DNA of 64,000 nt, from NCBI RefSeq assembly GCF_006345805.1, contig NC_043008.1, positions 35,340,001 to 35,404,000 of the forward strand, in the 5' to 3' direction. The position numbers were made by a program, and so were the translations under genes. Below the pieces are notes generated by a model. The model saw nothing but the letters and a program-made list of their open reading frames with translations, did not search any database and was not told where the DNA came from. Every line of letters begins with the position of its first letter. The stretch's first letter is position 1. The DNA comes from Octopus sinensis (taxonomy: Eukaryota). Positions 37,632-52,114 of the stretch are shown piece after piece.

Positions 37632-40059
37632 CAGAGAGACAGAGACAGAGACAGAGAGAGACTTGCAGTTTCCGTGGGCCGATTTCCACTCACAAGATAT
37701 CAGTCACCTTGAGTATATGATGTCCAATTGTTGCTCAGCACGCCGCCCAATGAGAACGAACTCAGATTCACGTGGTTATGAAGCAAACTCCTTCACTACG
37801 TAACCACATCTCAGCTCGGTTTATTTTCTTTTTCAAGCATGCTGCATCAACGCATGCATTATCCAAACTGTCCTTCATTTTTCTTTTTAAAACACAGGAT
37901 TTTGGCTGCTATTTCTAAATGGTCGAGCAACCATTTTGGCTGCTATTTCTAAATGGTCGAACGACCATATTGAGGAGTTGTTCCTTTAAAAAGTAAATTA
38001 AATTGGAAGAAAATTAACTTGGAGATCCTTCAACAGTATCTCAGAGCTTGTTACTTAATAATTCGATATTAACAGGTTAATTGCGGCTAATTAAATTTAA
38101 CGTGATAATTTTATTACCAATCGAGGACGAATGAAGCTTAAAAGAGTCTCTTTCATCAAATGTTTGGCTTTTAGCTATAAATCTTAATCGCAATAAATCT
38201 GGACAATATGTTACGATTTGTTAATTACTGATACGGAAATTTCATATCTCCCCAACCTCGTCGACGCCCACCTAGATACATAAAACGCTTAATCGACATT
38301 GAGTCATCACAAAATAGAATATTTCAATTATCATCCAACAGCATCGGTTTCTTATTATTGATTGAAATAACGTCTATAATAATAATACTTTACCGCTCGT
38401 GAGATGTGTTCGAGTGTAACGTTTTTTTAATAAGGTTAACTATGGAACAAAATCGGAGATATAATTGGAATATTACCATAATCTTTTTCGACTATAGGCA
38501 CAAAACCTAGAATTTTGGGAGAAGAGGCGAGTCGATTATATCGTCACCAGCACGTCACTGGTACTTATCTTATCGATTCCGGAATTAATGAGAGACAATC
38601 GAAGACATAATTTATATACTTAACATAATGGAACAAATACTAGTGCTACGATTTCAGCGGCTTTAATCATGGACCAAAATTTGAAAGATAATTGAACTCT
38701 TTAACGGGAGGAAACATATTCGGTGTTATGTTTTATACAACTTTAACTATGGGAGACATTCAGCGAAGCAATCAAAATTTTAAATAATATTATGAAGATC
38801 TATAAATTTATGCATCCAAACACAAAAGTAAAAGAGAACATTCAGAAAACGTAAAATTTCTACAGGTTTCACTAGTTAATTTGCAATCGTAGAGACAATT
38901 TTCTATTGAGCAAGAGTCTGCAATACAGTTTCGATTCTTTACTGAAGCCAAATTTCACACTTCATCGAATTATTGGATTGATTAACCTAAGAACACCATA
39001 TTAACCTAAGATTGATTAAACCTAAGAACACCACATCAACTGAGAAACGAAGAGAAGAGTAGCTACTCTGGTGGTCATGGCAAAGGAAGTTGTGTAGTGG
39101 ACGTTGTCAAACAGCCTAAGGGCAGCATACTTAATCTCTGGCCAAGCCATAATCAATAAAAGATGGATAGGAGGACACTATCATCCAGTGTATTTGGAGA
39201 AAGCTGGTTGAGCGCTGCAGGATTGATTAAGCTAAATAAGCTTACTCTGATTATGATTACAGTTGCTATAAACGTGCGGTAAGAAACTACAGAGAGAACT
39301 TGATGCCCTTGGTGCGCTGCATCAATTCAGAACTTTGTGTATGTGATTGTCCTCTTGTTTGGAAAAGAAAAGGAGATGCAAAACCCTCACAAACCTGTTC
39401 AGACAATTCCATCAAATAGGTAGTGTTTCTTGAATTCACCAGATATACATAGAGCAACCATATCGGGTCCGCCAGATCATACATTTATAGATTCTTTTGT
39501 TGTTAGGTCAGCGTATAGCGGTACCATAGGATGTTCACAATGTAAGCAGGTGAGGGCTAATTTGAATGCAAATTTGTGATATAATGCTGTATCTAGATAA
39601 AACGTAGAGACAGGGATTCGGTTCCTGGAAGCTGAACGAGTCTTCTTCGGATACAGTGACCAGATTAGTAAGCTAGTTAATCGGCAGGCGGCGTTAGGAG
39701 GCGAGAGTTTACAGATGCTGAGTTAACAAACCGCTCTGAAGATGGCAAATGGATAATAATGAAAAGCTTTCCGCAAGGAACTGTTGACAGGGCGGAATAG
39801 GTCGAACGTGGGTAGTAAATGTGCAAACTATAGTATGAGTATATTCAGAGCGTTGCAAAAAAATCTTCTATTTTGTTGCTTCAGTGATATCTTAACAATG
39901 GTGTCTTCATGTAGGTAATGTTTCTTGCTTTTTTCCTTGATTGTTTTTGAAGTGACCATTATGATTTTGACCAGTGCACAACATTTGCTTGCTGATCTAA
40001 TGTTTACAAACCTGTCTGCCGCACCATGTACTCGTGGCAAAAACGGCTCTCGACAATTT

Positions 40060-41330
40060 CTTCAATGTGTGTTATCAGAGCTCAGTCACGTGTTCTAAAA
40101 CGCGTGGGGAAAACCCGTTCGATGGACCTGGACGATAGAGGCCTCCACCTCATGTGGTACATCCTCCACCTCATGCGATACATCCTTCACCTCATCTGAT
40201 ATCTCCTCCACCTCATCCGATATATCCTCTACCTAATGTGATACGTCCTCCATCTGATACGATGCATCCTCCGTCTCATCCGATACACCTTCCTCCTCAT
40301 GCAATATATCATACAGAAAGTGATTGACAAACATGGCTTCAGCTGGGTTTTCGACTTGATTAATTTGGATCAGTCAAAAGCTTTCGAAAGAGTCGGAAAC
40401 TGTCAACAAAGCATTCAGTTTCGCTCTCGTTTCAATATGCTGTGACATCTGTTTAGTAGACTAAATGGTCACATCTCGGAATCGCGTCGAATTACGCACT
40501 CGGTCCGCGCTAAATGTGTCCTCTGTAACTTCTGCATGTGTTCCTTCTCACACCACTGCTGCGAAAATTAGAGTTGTTGAGGGACGTCCTTTTGAAGTGA
40601 GGCGTGGGAGAGCAGTTTCGGTGTATGCGAACGATGTCAATGAAATGATATCTAACACTATAGAAGTCGCGATCATCGTTCTAAAAGAATACAAACAGTA
40701 ACAGAAGCAAAGAGATTGGTCTAGATAAATCGTTGGAGTGTTGCGTAGGCATCTGGAGGAGTAAATCCATGCCATTAGACAACGTCGTGGGGCTTTGGAC
40801 TGATCCATTTGTTAAACTGCTTGGAGTGTAGCTCAGCCCGGTCCTTCATTTAGAGCACTGAGATGAAGTTACAAATAATGTGGTTATTCTCATTCAGAAT
40901 TCCATTTCCTCGATTATCGCCGGTCGGCCTTTTGGCAAGATTCAAGAGTCTGCTTTCCCCACTCCTTGTAGAAACGACGCGATCTCATTGATCGGCGGTC
41001 CATTTGCTGTCAAAATCCTCTTCAAGGAGAGCTCGGTATGCTGGGCTGTTGATATGTAAACTTACTTTGAGGTTATGTGGGGTCCTTTCTTTATCTGGCA
41101 CGTTTTCTCTGCAGCGCGTCTCTTTGATGAATTTGCTGTCAAATGAAAGTCAAGAGTGGATGCCAGGCAATTTTCTTCCGTCCAGTAACTCTGGGGAAAA
41201 AGGCTGTGGGATAGAGAAAACTGAATAGACGAACAGACTGAAGACCGACAATTCGTTCTTGCCCAAACGTTCATCGAGTTTTTCAAGTTTCACATAAAAA
41301 TGTAGGTGAGGGTAGTAAGGTTGTTTTCCT
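40060..41330 (+). mobile_element. Decayed Tx1/L1-clade LINE RT region
   Basis: LHLMRYI, LINLDQSKAFERV, VSVYANDV (YADD), WTDPFVKLLGV; many stops and frameshifts; boundaries approximate. Confidence 0.75.
40142..40309 (+). repeat. 21-bp minisatellite, 8 units
   Basis: Consensus CCTCCACCTCAT(G/C)CGATACAT. Confidence 0.9.
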
Positions 41331-41618
41331 CCTTCAGAAAATGTCTTAAGTGGGGAGAGTGACAATAGCGAACGTGTCCTGAATTAAAGATGACACTCAA
41401 CATCACTTGAAGGTCGAAAATATCAACTAACAGAAAGTAGTTACCTTCATTAATTAGGGCAATCCTGGTTATGTGGAGTTTCTCTGGAAAAAGATCCACC
41501 ATACATTTACACATTATGAAAAACACTTTGTTTCGTTTTCATTTAAATTTTTGTACTCCTCCACACACATTTTTAACATGTCATTGTAATCTCTCTCTTT
41601 ATTCGTCCCCCCTTGTAG

Positions 41619-41663
<45 letters not shown>

Positions 41664-41687
41664 TAATAATAATAATAATAATAAAGC

Positions 41688-42222
41688 AGTACCAGGTAGC
41701 GTCTGTCGTGGCTTCTGATCTTAACAGATTGGAAGTGTTATTATTTGTTATGGTATAAAAGAGGGGCTACAGGAAATATCCTGCTCAGTGCCATAGATTT
41801 GCTTGTCAGTTGTTGGACCTTAACCATTTGAGCATGTCCCTTGGTGACTGAAGATATGTGCATCTCTGATCATGGGCAGAAGCAGTGGGGGAGCATCATA
41901 GACATGGATTAAGAGGATTTCTTTGGGCTTTGGCTAATTCACCTTTGGAAACATAGGTGTTTCGTTCAACAATCTTAAACAAACCTTATTAAGAGTCCTT
42001 TTGAGAAGGATGGGTTACTCATCCTGAAGAAAATTCTAAGTGGGCTCCACCTGCAAGATCATGCGCTGTTTATCTTGATATGAGATCACCATGTCATGCA
42101 CATAGGGTTGTGATGCATGTGTCTGGTGTACCCTCATCAGACGGGTAGTCACGATGGGTATACTGGACTTTGTATATTTTACCCCAATGTCCCTTTTAAT
42201 GGCATGCACTGCTCTCTCGCTC
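41688..42222 (+). mobile_element. Second copy of the TAA-associated non-coding element
   Basis: Reverse complement of 16810-17353 with moderate divergence; (AAT)n on both flanks. Confidence 0.85.
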
Positions 42223-42244
42223 AATAATAATATTAATGATGATG

Positions 42245-42290
<46 letters not shown>

Positions 42291-42331
42291 TGATAATAAT
42301 AATAATAATAATTATAATAATAATAATAATA

Positions 42332-42375
<44 letters not shown>

Positions 42376-42443
42376 AAATAACAGTCGACTTGCCCCTCTC
42401 CTAAACTGCTAAAATTTGAAACCATTACTACTACTACTACTAT

Positions 42444-42475
<32 letters not shown>

Positions 42476-42476
42476 T

Positions 42477-42514
<38 letters not shown>

Positions 42515-42819
42515 TTACTAATACTACTATCATGTTTTATAATTTCACACTCTCTCGATGCCCCGTACAGTTTTCGACTCTAATAAATATCCTCCTCCTC
42601 CACTTCATCATCATCATCATCCTCATCATCATCATCATCATTACCATTATCATTATTACGACGAACTTTCAAGCATATCTTGTCAAGCAGGAGCCAGGAC
42701 TATCGTGTGATGTGGAAATCTATAAAAATAATTTACGCTACAAAAGTGAGTTATTAAAGTTGTAAAAAATTGTTTTTTCATGTCGAAACAATCGTTTATT
42801 ATTTCTGAACACAAACACA

Positions 42820-42874
<55 letters not shown>

Positions 42875-42974
42875 ACACACACACAAACTCAAGCAAACAA
42901 AGAAATACAGATATAATGACGTAGAGATACTTATATTACCAATCATGAAGATGAAATATATAAATATATATATA

Positions 42975-43078
42975 TATGTATATGTGTGTATGTTTGTGTG
43001 TGTGTATATATATATATATATATAATGACAGACATAAATTTGTATCTATACATGTATACTGTGTGAGTATATGTAGGT

Positions 43079-43139
<61 letters not shown>

Positions 43140-43346
43140 ATACATACATATATATGTGTGCGTATATGTGTGTTTGTATATAAAATACACTAAGCATTTA
43201 TAAAATTGCTATGAGCTTACATATAATTTTATTTTCAATAATTGAGGTAAATACATCTTTGTCAAAATTATTATATTTTCTAAGAAAAAAAGGAAAAATA
43301 TCGAATTTTATTTATGTTATATTGCCTTTGTTTTTAGTTTGTGTTG

Positions 43347-43377
<31 letters not shown>

Positions 43378-43699
43378 TTACTTTGTTCGCATTGGTTTTT
43401 GATGGTTGCAGGAGGAAGAAAAGTTTTGTGGCAACGGCGTCCACTTATCAATAAACCCGTTGCCAGTTCTCATGATATCTTGTCAAATATACTTTCTGCA
43501 GATGAATAGCTATTTTCTAATGATTCTGTTCTTTCCATTTGGCTATAATCGATAATAATTTCAATAAAGTTTTTTGAGATCACCTACATTAGTTATGTCG
43601 CCATTTTGTTCTTTTGTGAGGGCGAGGTTGTTGGTGACTATGGTAAGTTATATATATGTGCGTGTTATATATATGTGCATATATATACATATGTGTGTG

Positions 43700-43758
<59 letters not shown>

Positions 43759-43938
43759 TATATATATATATATTATGTATATATATATATGTATATTATA
43801 TATATATATGATATATATATATATGTATATAATATATATATGTATATGTGTGTATGTTTGTGTGTGTGTATATATATATATATATATAATGACAGACATA
43901 AATTTGTATCTATACATGTATACTGTGTGAGTATATGT

Positions 43939-44006
<68 letters not shown>

Positions 44007-44558
44007 ATACATACATATATATGTGTGCGTATATGTGTGTTTGTATATAAAATACACTAAGCATTTATAAAATTGCTATGAGCTTACATATAATTTTATT
44101 TTCAATAATTGAGGTAAATACATCTTTGTCAAAATTATTATATTTTCTAAGAAAAAAAGGAAAAATATCGAATTTTATTTATGTTATATTGCCTTTGTTT
44201 TTAGTTTGTGTTGTTATTTATTTATTTATTTATTTATTACTTTGTTCGCATTGGTTTTTGATGGTTGCAGGAGGAAGAAAAGTTTTGTGGCAACGGCGTC
44301 CACTTATCAATAAACCCGTTGCCAGTTCTCATGATATCTTGTCAAATATACTTTCTGCAGATGAATAGCTATTTTCTAATGATTCTGTTCTTTCCATTTG
44401 GCTATAATCGATAATAATTTCAATAAAGTTTTTTGAGATCACCTACATTAGTTATGTCGCCATTTTGTTCTTTTGTGAGGGCGAGGTTGTTGGTGACTAT
44501 GGTAAGTTATATATATGTGCGTGTTATATATATGTGCATATATATACATATGTGTGTG

Positions 44559-44600
<42 letters not shown>
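42975..44600. repeat. Near-identical ~860-bp tandem duplication
   Basis: 43211 matches 44078 and 43574 matches 44433; differences seen only in microsatellite lengths. Confidence 0.9.
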
Positions 44601-44624
<24 letters not shown>

Positions 44625-44651
44625 GTATATATATATGTATATATATATATG

Positions 44652-44698
<47 letters not shown>

Positions 44699-44739
44699 GT
44701 ATATATATATGTATATATATATATGTATATATATATATA

Positions 44740-44795
<56 letters not shown>

Positions 44796-44815
44796 GTATA
44801 TATATGTATATATAT

Positions 44816-44856
<41 letters not shown>

Positions 44857-45339
44857 CGTTAGTACATTAGTATATTATGTATGTAAGCATATATACATAA
44901 GTATACTATATATGTATATATATATAGTACATATTTTTAATCAATAAAAGAGTTTAAAAGTATTAGAAGTTATATAACTACTATACCCAAGTAGAATCAT
45001 CAATAATATACATATAAATATAAATATATCTATGTGTGTACATATTACGCACACACAGACAAATATATGTGTGTGTGCGCGCGTGTCTGCGTTTGTGCGT
45101 GACAGTTTAAGACTTTGACCAAATGAGTTGGACGAATGTCAATCTAATTCTTACGATGGAAGCCTAGTGGTGTAACAATCAATTAATCGTATTCAGTCCA
45201 CTGTACTCATCGCTGAGACACCTATTCTTCAATGTTTAATCCATCTGTTGACATATTCCTGTATCCCTTGCGGAATATCTGTTCTGTTTATTAGTAGTAA
45301 GTACAACTCATCTCTGAGGTCATCGACTACGCTTTATGG

Positions 45340-46014
45340 CATATTCGAGACCATTTTTGGCACTGAAAAAGAAGCATAGAATGCTTTTGCTGAAGTTGTG
45401 TCAAATTTCCTGGGAAACAAGAAGTCATCAAATTATGAAGAATTTGTGCAGACCTTGTAAACCACTTTTCGAGCACTGGGATGCAACGTCAGTGTAAAAG
45501 TGTCTTTCTTGCACAGTGGTCTGTACAATTTCTCCGAAAATCATAGTGCGATAAGTGATGAGAAATATTTCACCAAGACATCGAGACCATGCAGACTTGG
45601 TGTCAAGGCAGGTAGAACACAAACATGATGGATGGCTAGTGTTGGTCTCTGCAAAGAAACTGCGGTGATGCAAGTTATTCACTCAAAGCAGCAAAGAGAA
45701 AATTCACTCCTTGAGTAGATGAAACTCTAGTTTGACAGAAATACGTATCCTAAGGAGTGTACTTAAACAGTTTGCGTAATGTGTTTCTTAAACAGAAAAA
45801 GTTCCATTTGGCTTGTTTTAGTTTCTTATTTCACTTTTGCATTTAATGGCAAAATTGACAGTTTTCGGTAAAAATAAGTCGTTCCTGTTTAACGAAAAAC
45901 TTGGCGTAATAGAAAATTTCTCAGAGCATTTCTGAACCGCGCACCATCAAATTGGGTGGGACTAATTGTTAAAAGCTAGATAACCAAAAATGTTTTCGAA
46001 AATATCCCCCAGTG
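45340..46014 (+). mobile_element. Chapaev3-like (CMC) DNA transposon 3' fragment
   Basis: VSNFLGNKKSSNYEE, LGCNVSVKVSFLHS, SDEKFHQDIETMQ, MMDG*CWSL; terminus ...CCCCAGTG. Confidence 0.8.
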
Positions 46015-46639
46015 CATTCTATTATTTTTATCGTTACGCTAAAAATTAGACAATTTAAGTAATGGAACAAACTTGAAGACATCTATTTGCATTCTGCAGT
46101 GTTAAAACCACGTTAGCAAAGTTTTAGTATCAGAAAAAAAAACTACATATAACTGGATTGAATCTACAGTCCCAGTGAAGAAAGTACGAAGTGTTGTAGC
46201 TGATCTACTGAAATGTGAATTCTAAATGTATATATATAGTGACAAAAATAAAGGTGAAAATAGCACGAAAGTATGTTTAAAGATTGTTTTATATTTGTTA
46301 CTTTGAGTGACTTTTATAAAATATATAAAAAATATAAAATATAATGTGTGTGTGTGAGAGAGAGAGAGAAAGAGAGACAGAGACAGACAGAGAGAGACAG
46401 AGAGAGAGAAACTGTCTGTGTCACAATTGTTCAGTCAATTGTCTTAAGAATAATATGACTAACATAAATGCTATATTTATGATTGATTATGTTTCTGATT
46501 TTCTTCCTTAATCTATCTGACATTTGACATCTTGATACTCTTCATATGTCACGCGTTCAGACATCGGCGATCATGGATTCTTCGTCCTCCTCTCTCACAC
46601 CAAACTTAGAACATTATTGGCCATCGAGAATCTTTTCTT

Positions 46640-46685
<46 letters not shown>

Positions 46686-47275
46686 CGCCTATCCATCCTT
46701 CTGTCTCTGTGTCTTTTCCTTTCTCTCTTTCTCTCTTTGTCTTTCCTGGTTTCTTCTTCTCCCTATCACCTCCTTCGTTATCACCAACCTCTCAAAGCTT
46801 TCTCTCCTCATTCAGTATCCAATAAACTTTGTCTTATTCTTATATTGTTGAGCTTTCTGGTCAGGATTTCGTGGTTTGTCACTTTATCTGCATAGAACTC
46901 CTCTAATATATTCGTGTAAGGAAGAACACCTCTGCAGCATTGATAAACTGTTGACATGTTTGTTAATGCTACATATCACACAGCCATGCGCAAAGACTGG
47001 TTCTGTGCACAGCCTTAGGAGTATTTTCCTCATTCTTAATGGCAACCGAATATTGTTTCACGAATAATATGAATATTGTGTGTATAATATATTATATCAT
47101 ATTTCGTTACATAGATAAAACGTTACATCCATAACATTCTGTTCATTCACCGAGAACCGATAAATACAGAATTTCAATATTTTAACTGAAAGGGTCAGAA
47201 ATATTTACCATGCTTGGTTTCACATTTCTGCTCTCTCTCTCTCTCTCTCTCTCTCCACACACACACACATACATA

Positions 47276-47499
47276 CAGTATTTTGCGGGTGAACCAAGCA
47301 ACCATTAGATTTATGTTAAGAAAGGTATATCTGTTTACAATTTCACTGCATGTGACGTTGGTGTTCGTCTTCATGTTGGATCAAAACGCGTCATCTAAGA
47401 TGAAGACGAACACCAGCGCCACATGCAATTAGCTTGGAAAATGTAAAGAAACATTCTTCTCTTAACCCAATGGTAGCCTGGTTCGCCCACAAAATACAG
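47276..47499. mobile_element. Palindromic MITE (~225 bp)
   Basis: Outer IR GTATTTTGCGGGTGAACCAAG / CCTGGTTCGCCCACAAAATAC; inner 28-bp IR with two mismatches. Confidence 0.8.
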
Positions 47500-48034
47500 T
47501 GTGTGTGTGTGTGTGTGTGTGCGTGAGCTTGCCCCCCCCCCCGGCACCGCTTGACATCTGGTATTGGTTTTTACATCTCTGTAACATAGCGGACCTACCT
47601 GAGAGAACGATAAAATAAGAACCATGCTTTAGAAATTAGTACTGGAGTTTATTCGACCTTTTAAAACATTTCCAGGTTGTGCTCCCACGTTGAACACACA
47701 AACATAAATGCACGAATTACACATCACTCCACACAATGCACACACTAGGTTACTTATACACACACGCACGCGCGCTCCCATACGCACACAGGCCCTCATA
47801 ATTTTAAGCTCGCCCGCACATACAGTCACACGCGCTCGCCCCCATTCACACGTACACACACATACCATTTTTACATACACACACACGCTTGCGCACCCTA
47901 TTTCTTCCGGGTCACCATTTTTATCTACCCTTCAATCAGCGTCTGTCTTCTGGTCATTTTATGTTGAACCGTTAATCCCTAAACATTCTTTCCCTCTCCG
48001 TTTTATTTCGTCCTCTCTCCATTCTTTTTCTCAA

Positions 48035-48072
48035 CCTTTTCTATCGAAGGACGGAAGTCCGAAACGTCAAGG
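48035..48072 (+). ncRNA. Degenerate minimal hammerhead motif in a PLE-like terminal repeat (~48000-48165)
   Basis: TTTT-CTATCGA-A-GGAC(GGAA)GTCC-GAAA-CG-TC-AAGG; downstream sequence homologous to 6127-6212. Confidence 0.5.
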
Positions 48073-48176
48073 ACATTTCCACTGCTCCCGAGTGTCAACC
48101 GAATACACCTGATTGTTGTTCCCTCACATGTCTTCGTCTTTTGTTTTCTGTAAAAGTTGAACTACACACACACACA

Positions 48177-48251
<75 letters not shown>

Positions 48252-48342
48252 AAGGGAAAGTTTACGAAAATAAAAAAAAGACGAAGGCAGATGGATTACA
48301 AACAAACAAATGTATTAGTATAGCGCTCAGGAATAGAAAAAG

Positions 48343-48380
48343 TCTTTTACGTTTCGAGCCTACGCTCTTCGGCAGAAAGA
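48343..48380 (-). ncRNA. Minimal hammerhead motif in a PLE-like terminal repeat (~48250-48510)
   Basis: TCTTT-CTGCCGA-A-GAGC(GTAG)GCTC-GAAA-CG-TA-AAAGA. Confidence 0.6.
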
Positions 48381-49309
48381 TACACAAAAAAAAAACAAGA
48401 AGAGAAAAAAATGCGTGTAGGAGCTAACGATCTATCATGACGTCCTGATCGGACAGTGGTCAGACGCGAGAGGAACAGTAGGGGAGATAACAGGGTCAAG
48501 TGACTTCCAATATATATATAAGTGAAAGTCTTTCTGTCTGTAATTGTCCCCCACTACCGCTTGACAACGGGAATTGGCACGTTTATGTTCCCGTACCTTA
48601 GCGGTTTGGCAAAAGGGATCTATAGAATAAGCATCAGACTTGACAAAATTATCAGGTTCGATTCCAGCATGGCCGCAGTCTAATGACAAACAAGTAAAAG
48701 ATTAATAATACTCTCTCTGTTCGGAAGTGAACGAACGCCACAACATTCATGTTCATCTCCTTTTTAATATTTAGAGTCTCTCTGCAGTGAAAAGTAACAA
48801 TAATTAATATATAGGATTGAGGTTGACGCTGCATTAGAGTATAGATCGCCTGTTACAGCCACATCAATATTTGAAAATATTTGGCTGTTGCTTGTGTCGA
48901 TTCTTATATTTAAAACTGCCTCATAATAATCTACAGCGTTCTTCATCATATATTATTCAAACGCATGCGTGTGCATTTGTATTCAACGTTTTGTTTTGTT
49001 TTCCTTTGTTTATTTGTGCTTGTTTTTGCATTGTTACAATTTTGTTATTGTTTCTAGGAATTATGACCCCTTTTCTCTCGCTTAATCAAATATGCAAGAC
49101 TGGGAAAGAAGAACAGCAGCAATGAGCAGAAATGAAGCGAATTCCAATTGAACGAAATCAACAAGCTAATCAATAAAGAAGAAATCATATGATTAATTAC
49201 CATAGTAGGCAACAATAACGATGACGACGACCACAATCACAACAGCAACATAGCAATAATGATAGCGATGATAATGATAATAAAAATAAAACAACAACAA
49301 CAACAACAG

Positions 49310-49452
<143 letters not shown>

Positions 49453-49819
49453 TAATAATAATAATAATGGTAATAATAATGGTAATAATATGGAAAAGAG
49501 AAAATTATTGTGAGAAAGTCGATCGGGTTACAAATTGCATCAAGAAATGTCATTAGGGAATAAAAATGCACAGGACACTAAGAAGCTGAAAGATAATGGA
49601 ACTGGATTCTAAAAATCGAGTGAAGATGGATTGCATTGAAAAACAATAAGAGCAGAATATAGTTGATGCTGTTGTTGTCTTTTAGCCCAGCGCTAATCCA
49701 GAGGACCCAAAAGCAAAAGGCATGTCAGTGCTTGATATTGTTTTATTTTTTCTTTCAAACTTAATGTATCTAAGACGTAGTGTATCTAACTTGTTATCCC
49801 TTACTTTGAATTATAATGT

Positions 49820-50450
49820 GTGGTTTCAGAAAAATTTAGCTGTTTGTTCTCATAGTCCAAGTTACCGCGCAGATTCGTAGAGACGTTGCTGCTGTAACGC
49901 ACAGTGACATCTTGTACCACCTCCAAAGAAGGGCCACTCAGATGATTAGCACTCAATAACTGAAAAACACATCTCAGTCCCTGCATCACAGGTATGCTGT
50001 CTCATCTTTGTATTTGCTATCACTAATATAACAACCTCTCTTCCGCCACTACTCAGGCATTCCTGCTCCAGTATCGTAGCTATGGGATGAGCAGTAGGTG
50101 GACCACCCCGGTAGACACTTTTGGATATGTTGTATAAGCCTGTATAGGACGTGGGGTCCGAGGATTTAGTGGCAAACCCAGCCGCTGCCCCCGGTAGCAC
50201 ACAATCTGTCTATTTCACTGTCACAACTTAATCGTCTTTACATCGCTCGTCATCCTTGTTGCGGCCACCTCAGGTGCAGCCCTACGGCTATTCCTTTCGA
50301 GAACCTCACCCTGTCTGGAATCTATTCCTTCCTGTTAATATTGATCTGCAACTCTTTAAACAGAACATTAATGCCATCAAGCCCACAGGTCTCGGAAAAC
50401 CAGCACAGCTAACGGGCAATGTCCCTTTCTCCAGACTCACTAGCTAAGAA
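49820..50450 (+). mobile_element. Old CR1/L2-type LINE 3' fragment with an internal insertion (~50065-50200)
   Basis: ILYHLQRRATQMI, SLHHRYAVSSL, VWNL...IDLQLFKQNIN. Confidence 0.55.
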
Positions 50451-51413
50451 AAAATGAAAAATATGTTTTATATTCCGGAGTTGTTGACTCACGTATGTCA
50501 TTAATATCCTGGCAATCTCATTCTGTCTTGCCTTTGAATTTCCAGGCCATGAGCCTATGTAAGATTTCAATAGTACAATATTGTTATATTTTGCACGATA
50601 ATGTTTTTAACTGAATTCCGAAATCAATCTTCTCTGTTTCCCATCAATCAAATTAATATATTTTCTTTTTCTCTTTCAGTTAAATGTATTTGATGTATTT
50701 TATATTTTCGCATCTGAAACAAAAAAGTAATAATAATAATTTGAATATTTCTCAATCGTTTGCCATTCATTGTTTATATTCTTTTATTCTTTTCTGTCTA
50801 GTTAACTCTATTGAGATTTCAAGATAGGCCTCGGGAAAACTAGAGATTTCAAAAACAGCCATTTACAGCAATGTAGCGCTCAGTATTGTTCACAGTGGGA
50901 CACAAAAATTGAATCACCGATATGCAGTGTATTTTCGTAAACAAATAAACACACACACATAAATCCCACACGCACTTACACATATAAATAAATACACATA
51001 TACACACACATATTCACATGTGTGTATGTGTTTATTAGTGTACGATAACATCAAAAACAAAGAACAGGGAGAACACAATCCTGTTGGGTACATTAAACGT
51101 GTATGTGTGTGTGTGTGCGTGTGTGAATGTGTGTGTTTGTGTGTGCTTGTGCGTGTGTGTGTGTGTGTGTGTAAATGTAGAAGGCGCGTAGCCAACTCGT
51201 TAGGATGTTGAACTCTCGAAGATAACATCGTAGGTTCGATTCTTGGAGGGTCAAAGTTGCGAACAAAAAGAGGACAGTGGACACATACAAAGAAACCGAG
51301 TATATATGTGTGTGTGTGTGTGTGTGTATTTATATGTATGTGTATATGTATGCATGTGTATACGTATGTGTATATATATGTATGTATTTATATGTATCTG
51401 TATATATATGTGA

Positions 51414-51475
<62 letters not shown>

Positions 51476-51504
51476 ATATGTGTGTGTGTTTGTGTGTGTA
51501 TATA

Positions 51505-51680
51505 TATGACCGGTTTCTTTCAATTTCTGTCTCCCAAATCCACTCACAAGCCTTTGGTCGATACTGGACTATGGTAGAAGACACTCAGACAAGGTACCTC
51601 GCAGTGGGACTGAACCCAGATCAGCCAGCCACCTGACTGAAAAGCAAGCTTCTCGATTACATATTTACGCCTGCGCCTAT
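51505..51680 (-). mobile_element. Family A SINE 5' half
   Basis: Homology to 35488-35630. Confidence 0.75.
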
Positions 51681-52114
51681 AAGTCATAAAATTTCTGAAT
51701 ATTTGTAAGTAACAGCTTAAAAACAATGGTAAAGCCGAGTTAAAATTATGCGTTTAAAACTGATCAAATGAGCCGGTCTGTTTGTCAATCCCCGAGTTTC
51801 ATTACTGGTATCTGATCTGGAAAATGTGATCGATAAATCGCTTGCTCCAAAAAGTGATTGATTCGTAAACTGTGTTTATTCGTCTTTTTTTATGTCTGAA
51901 ATTGGTTATTAAAATATTTAATCTCAAGAGTCAATATATTAAAAACGAAGATGTACTTTTAATTAATTGATATTTATTGACATTATGCAGTAATGGGATA
52001 AGAGTAAAATGTAAGTAAAATTTCGAATAAGTATTTAATACACATTTAGCTTTGATATGAAACCAGGGTGTCTCTGAAGGTTACTTTTTTTTTGCTAAAG
52101 AGGCTAATCTGTAT

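Noticed and set aside
37899-37966. 34-bp tandem duplication
   Set aside because: Real but an ordinary slippage duplication with no further structure
39000-40040. Possible Gypsy integrase remnant (AAHQGI, GAADRFV) on the minus strand
   Set aside because: Motifs are too short and not in the expected order; needs a profile search
42132-42145. CTGATGA on the minus strand of the TAA-associated element
   Set aside because: No GAAA or stem partners at workable positions, and the other copy reads CTGATAA
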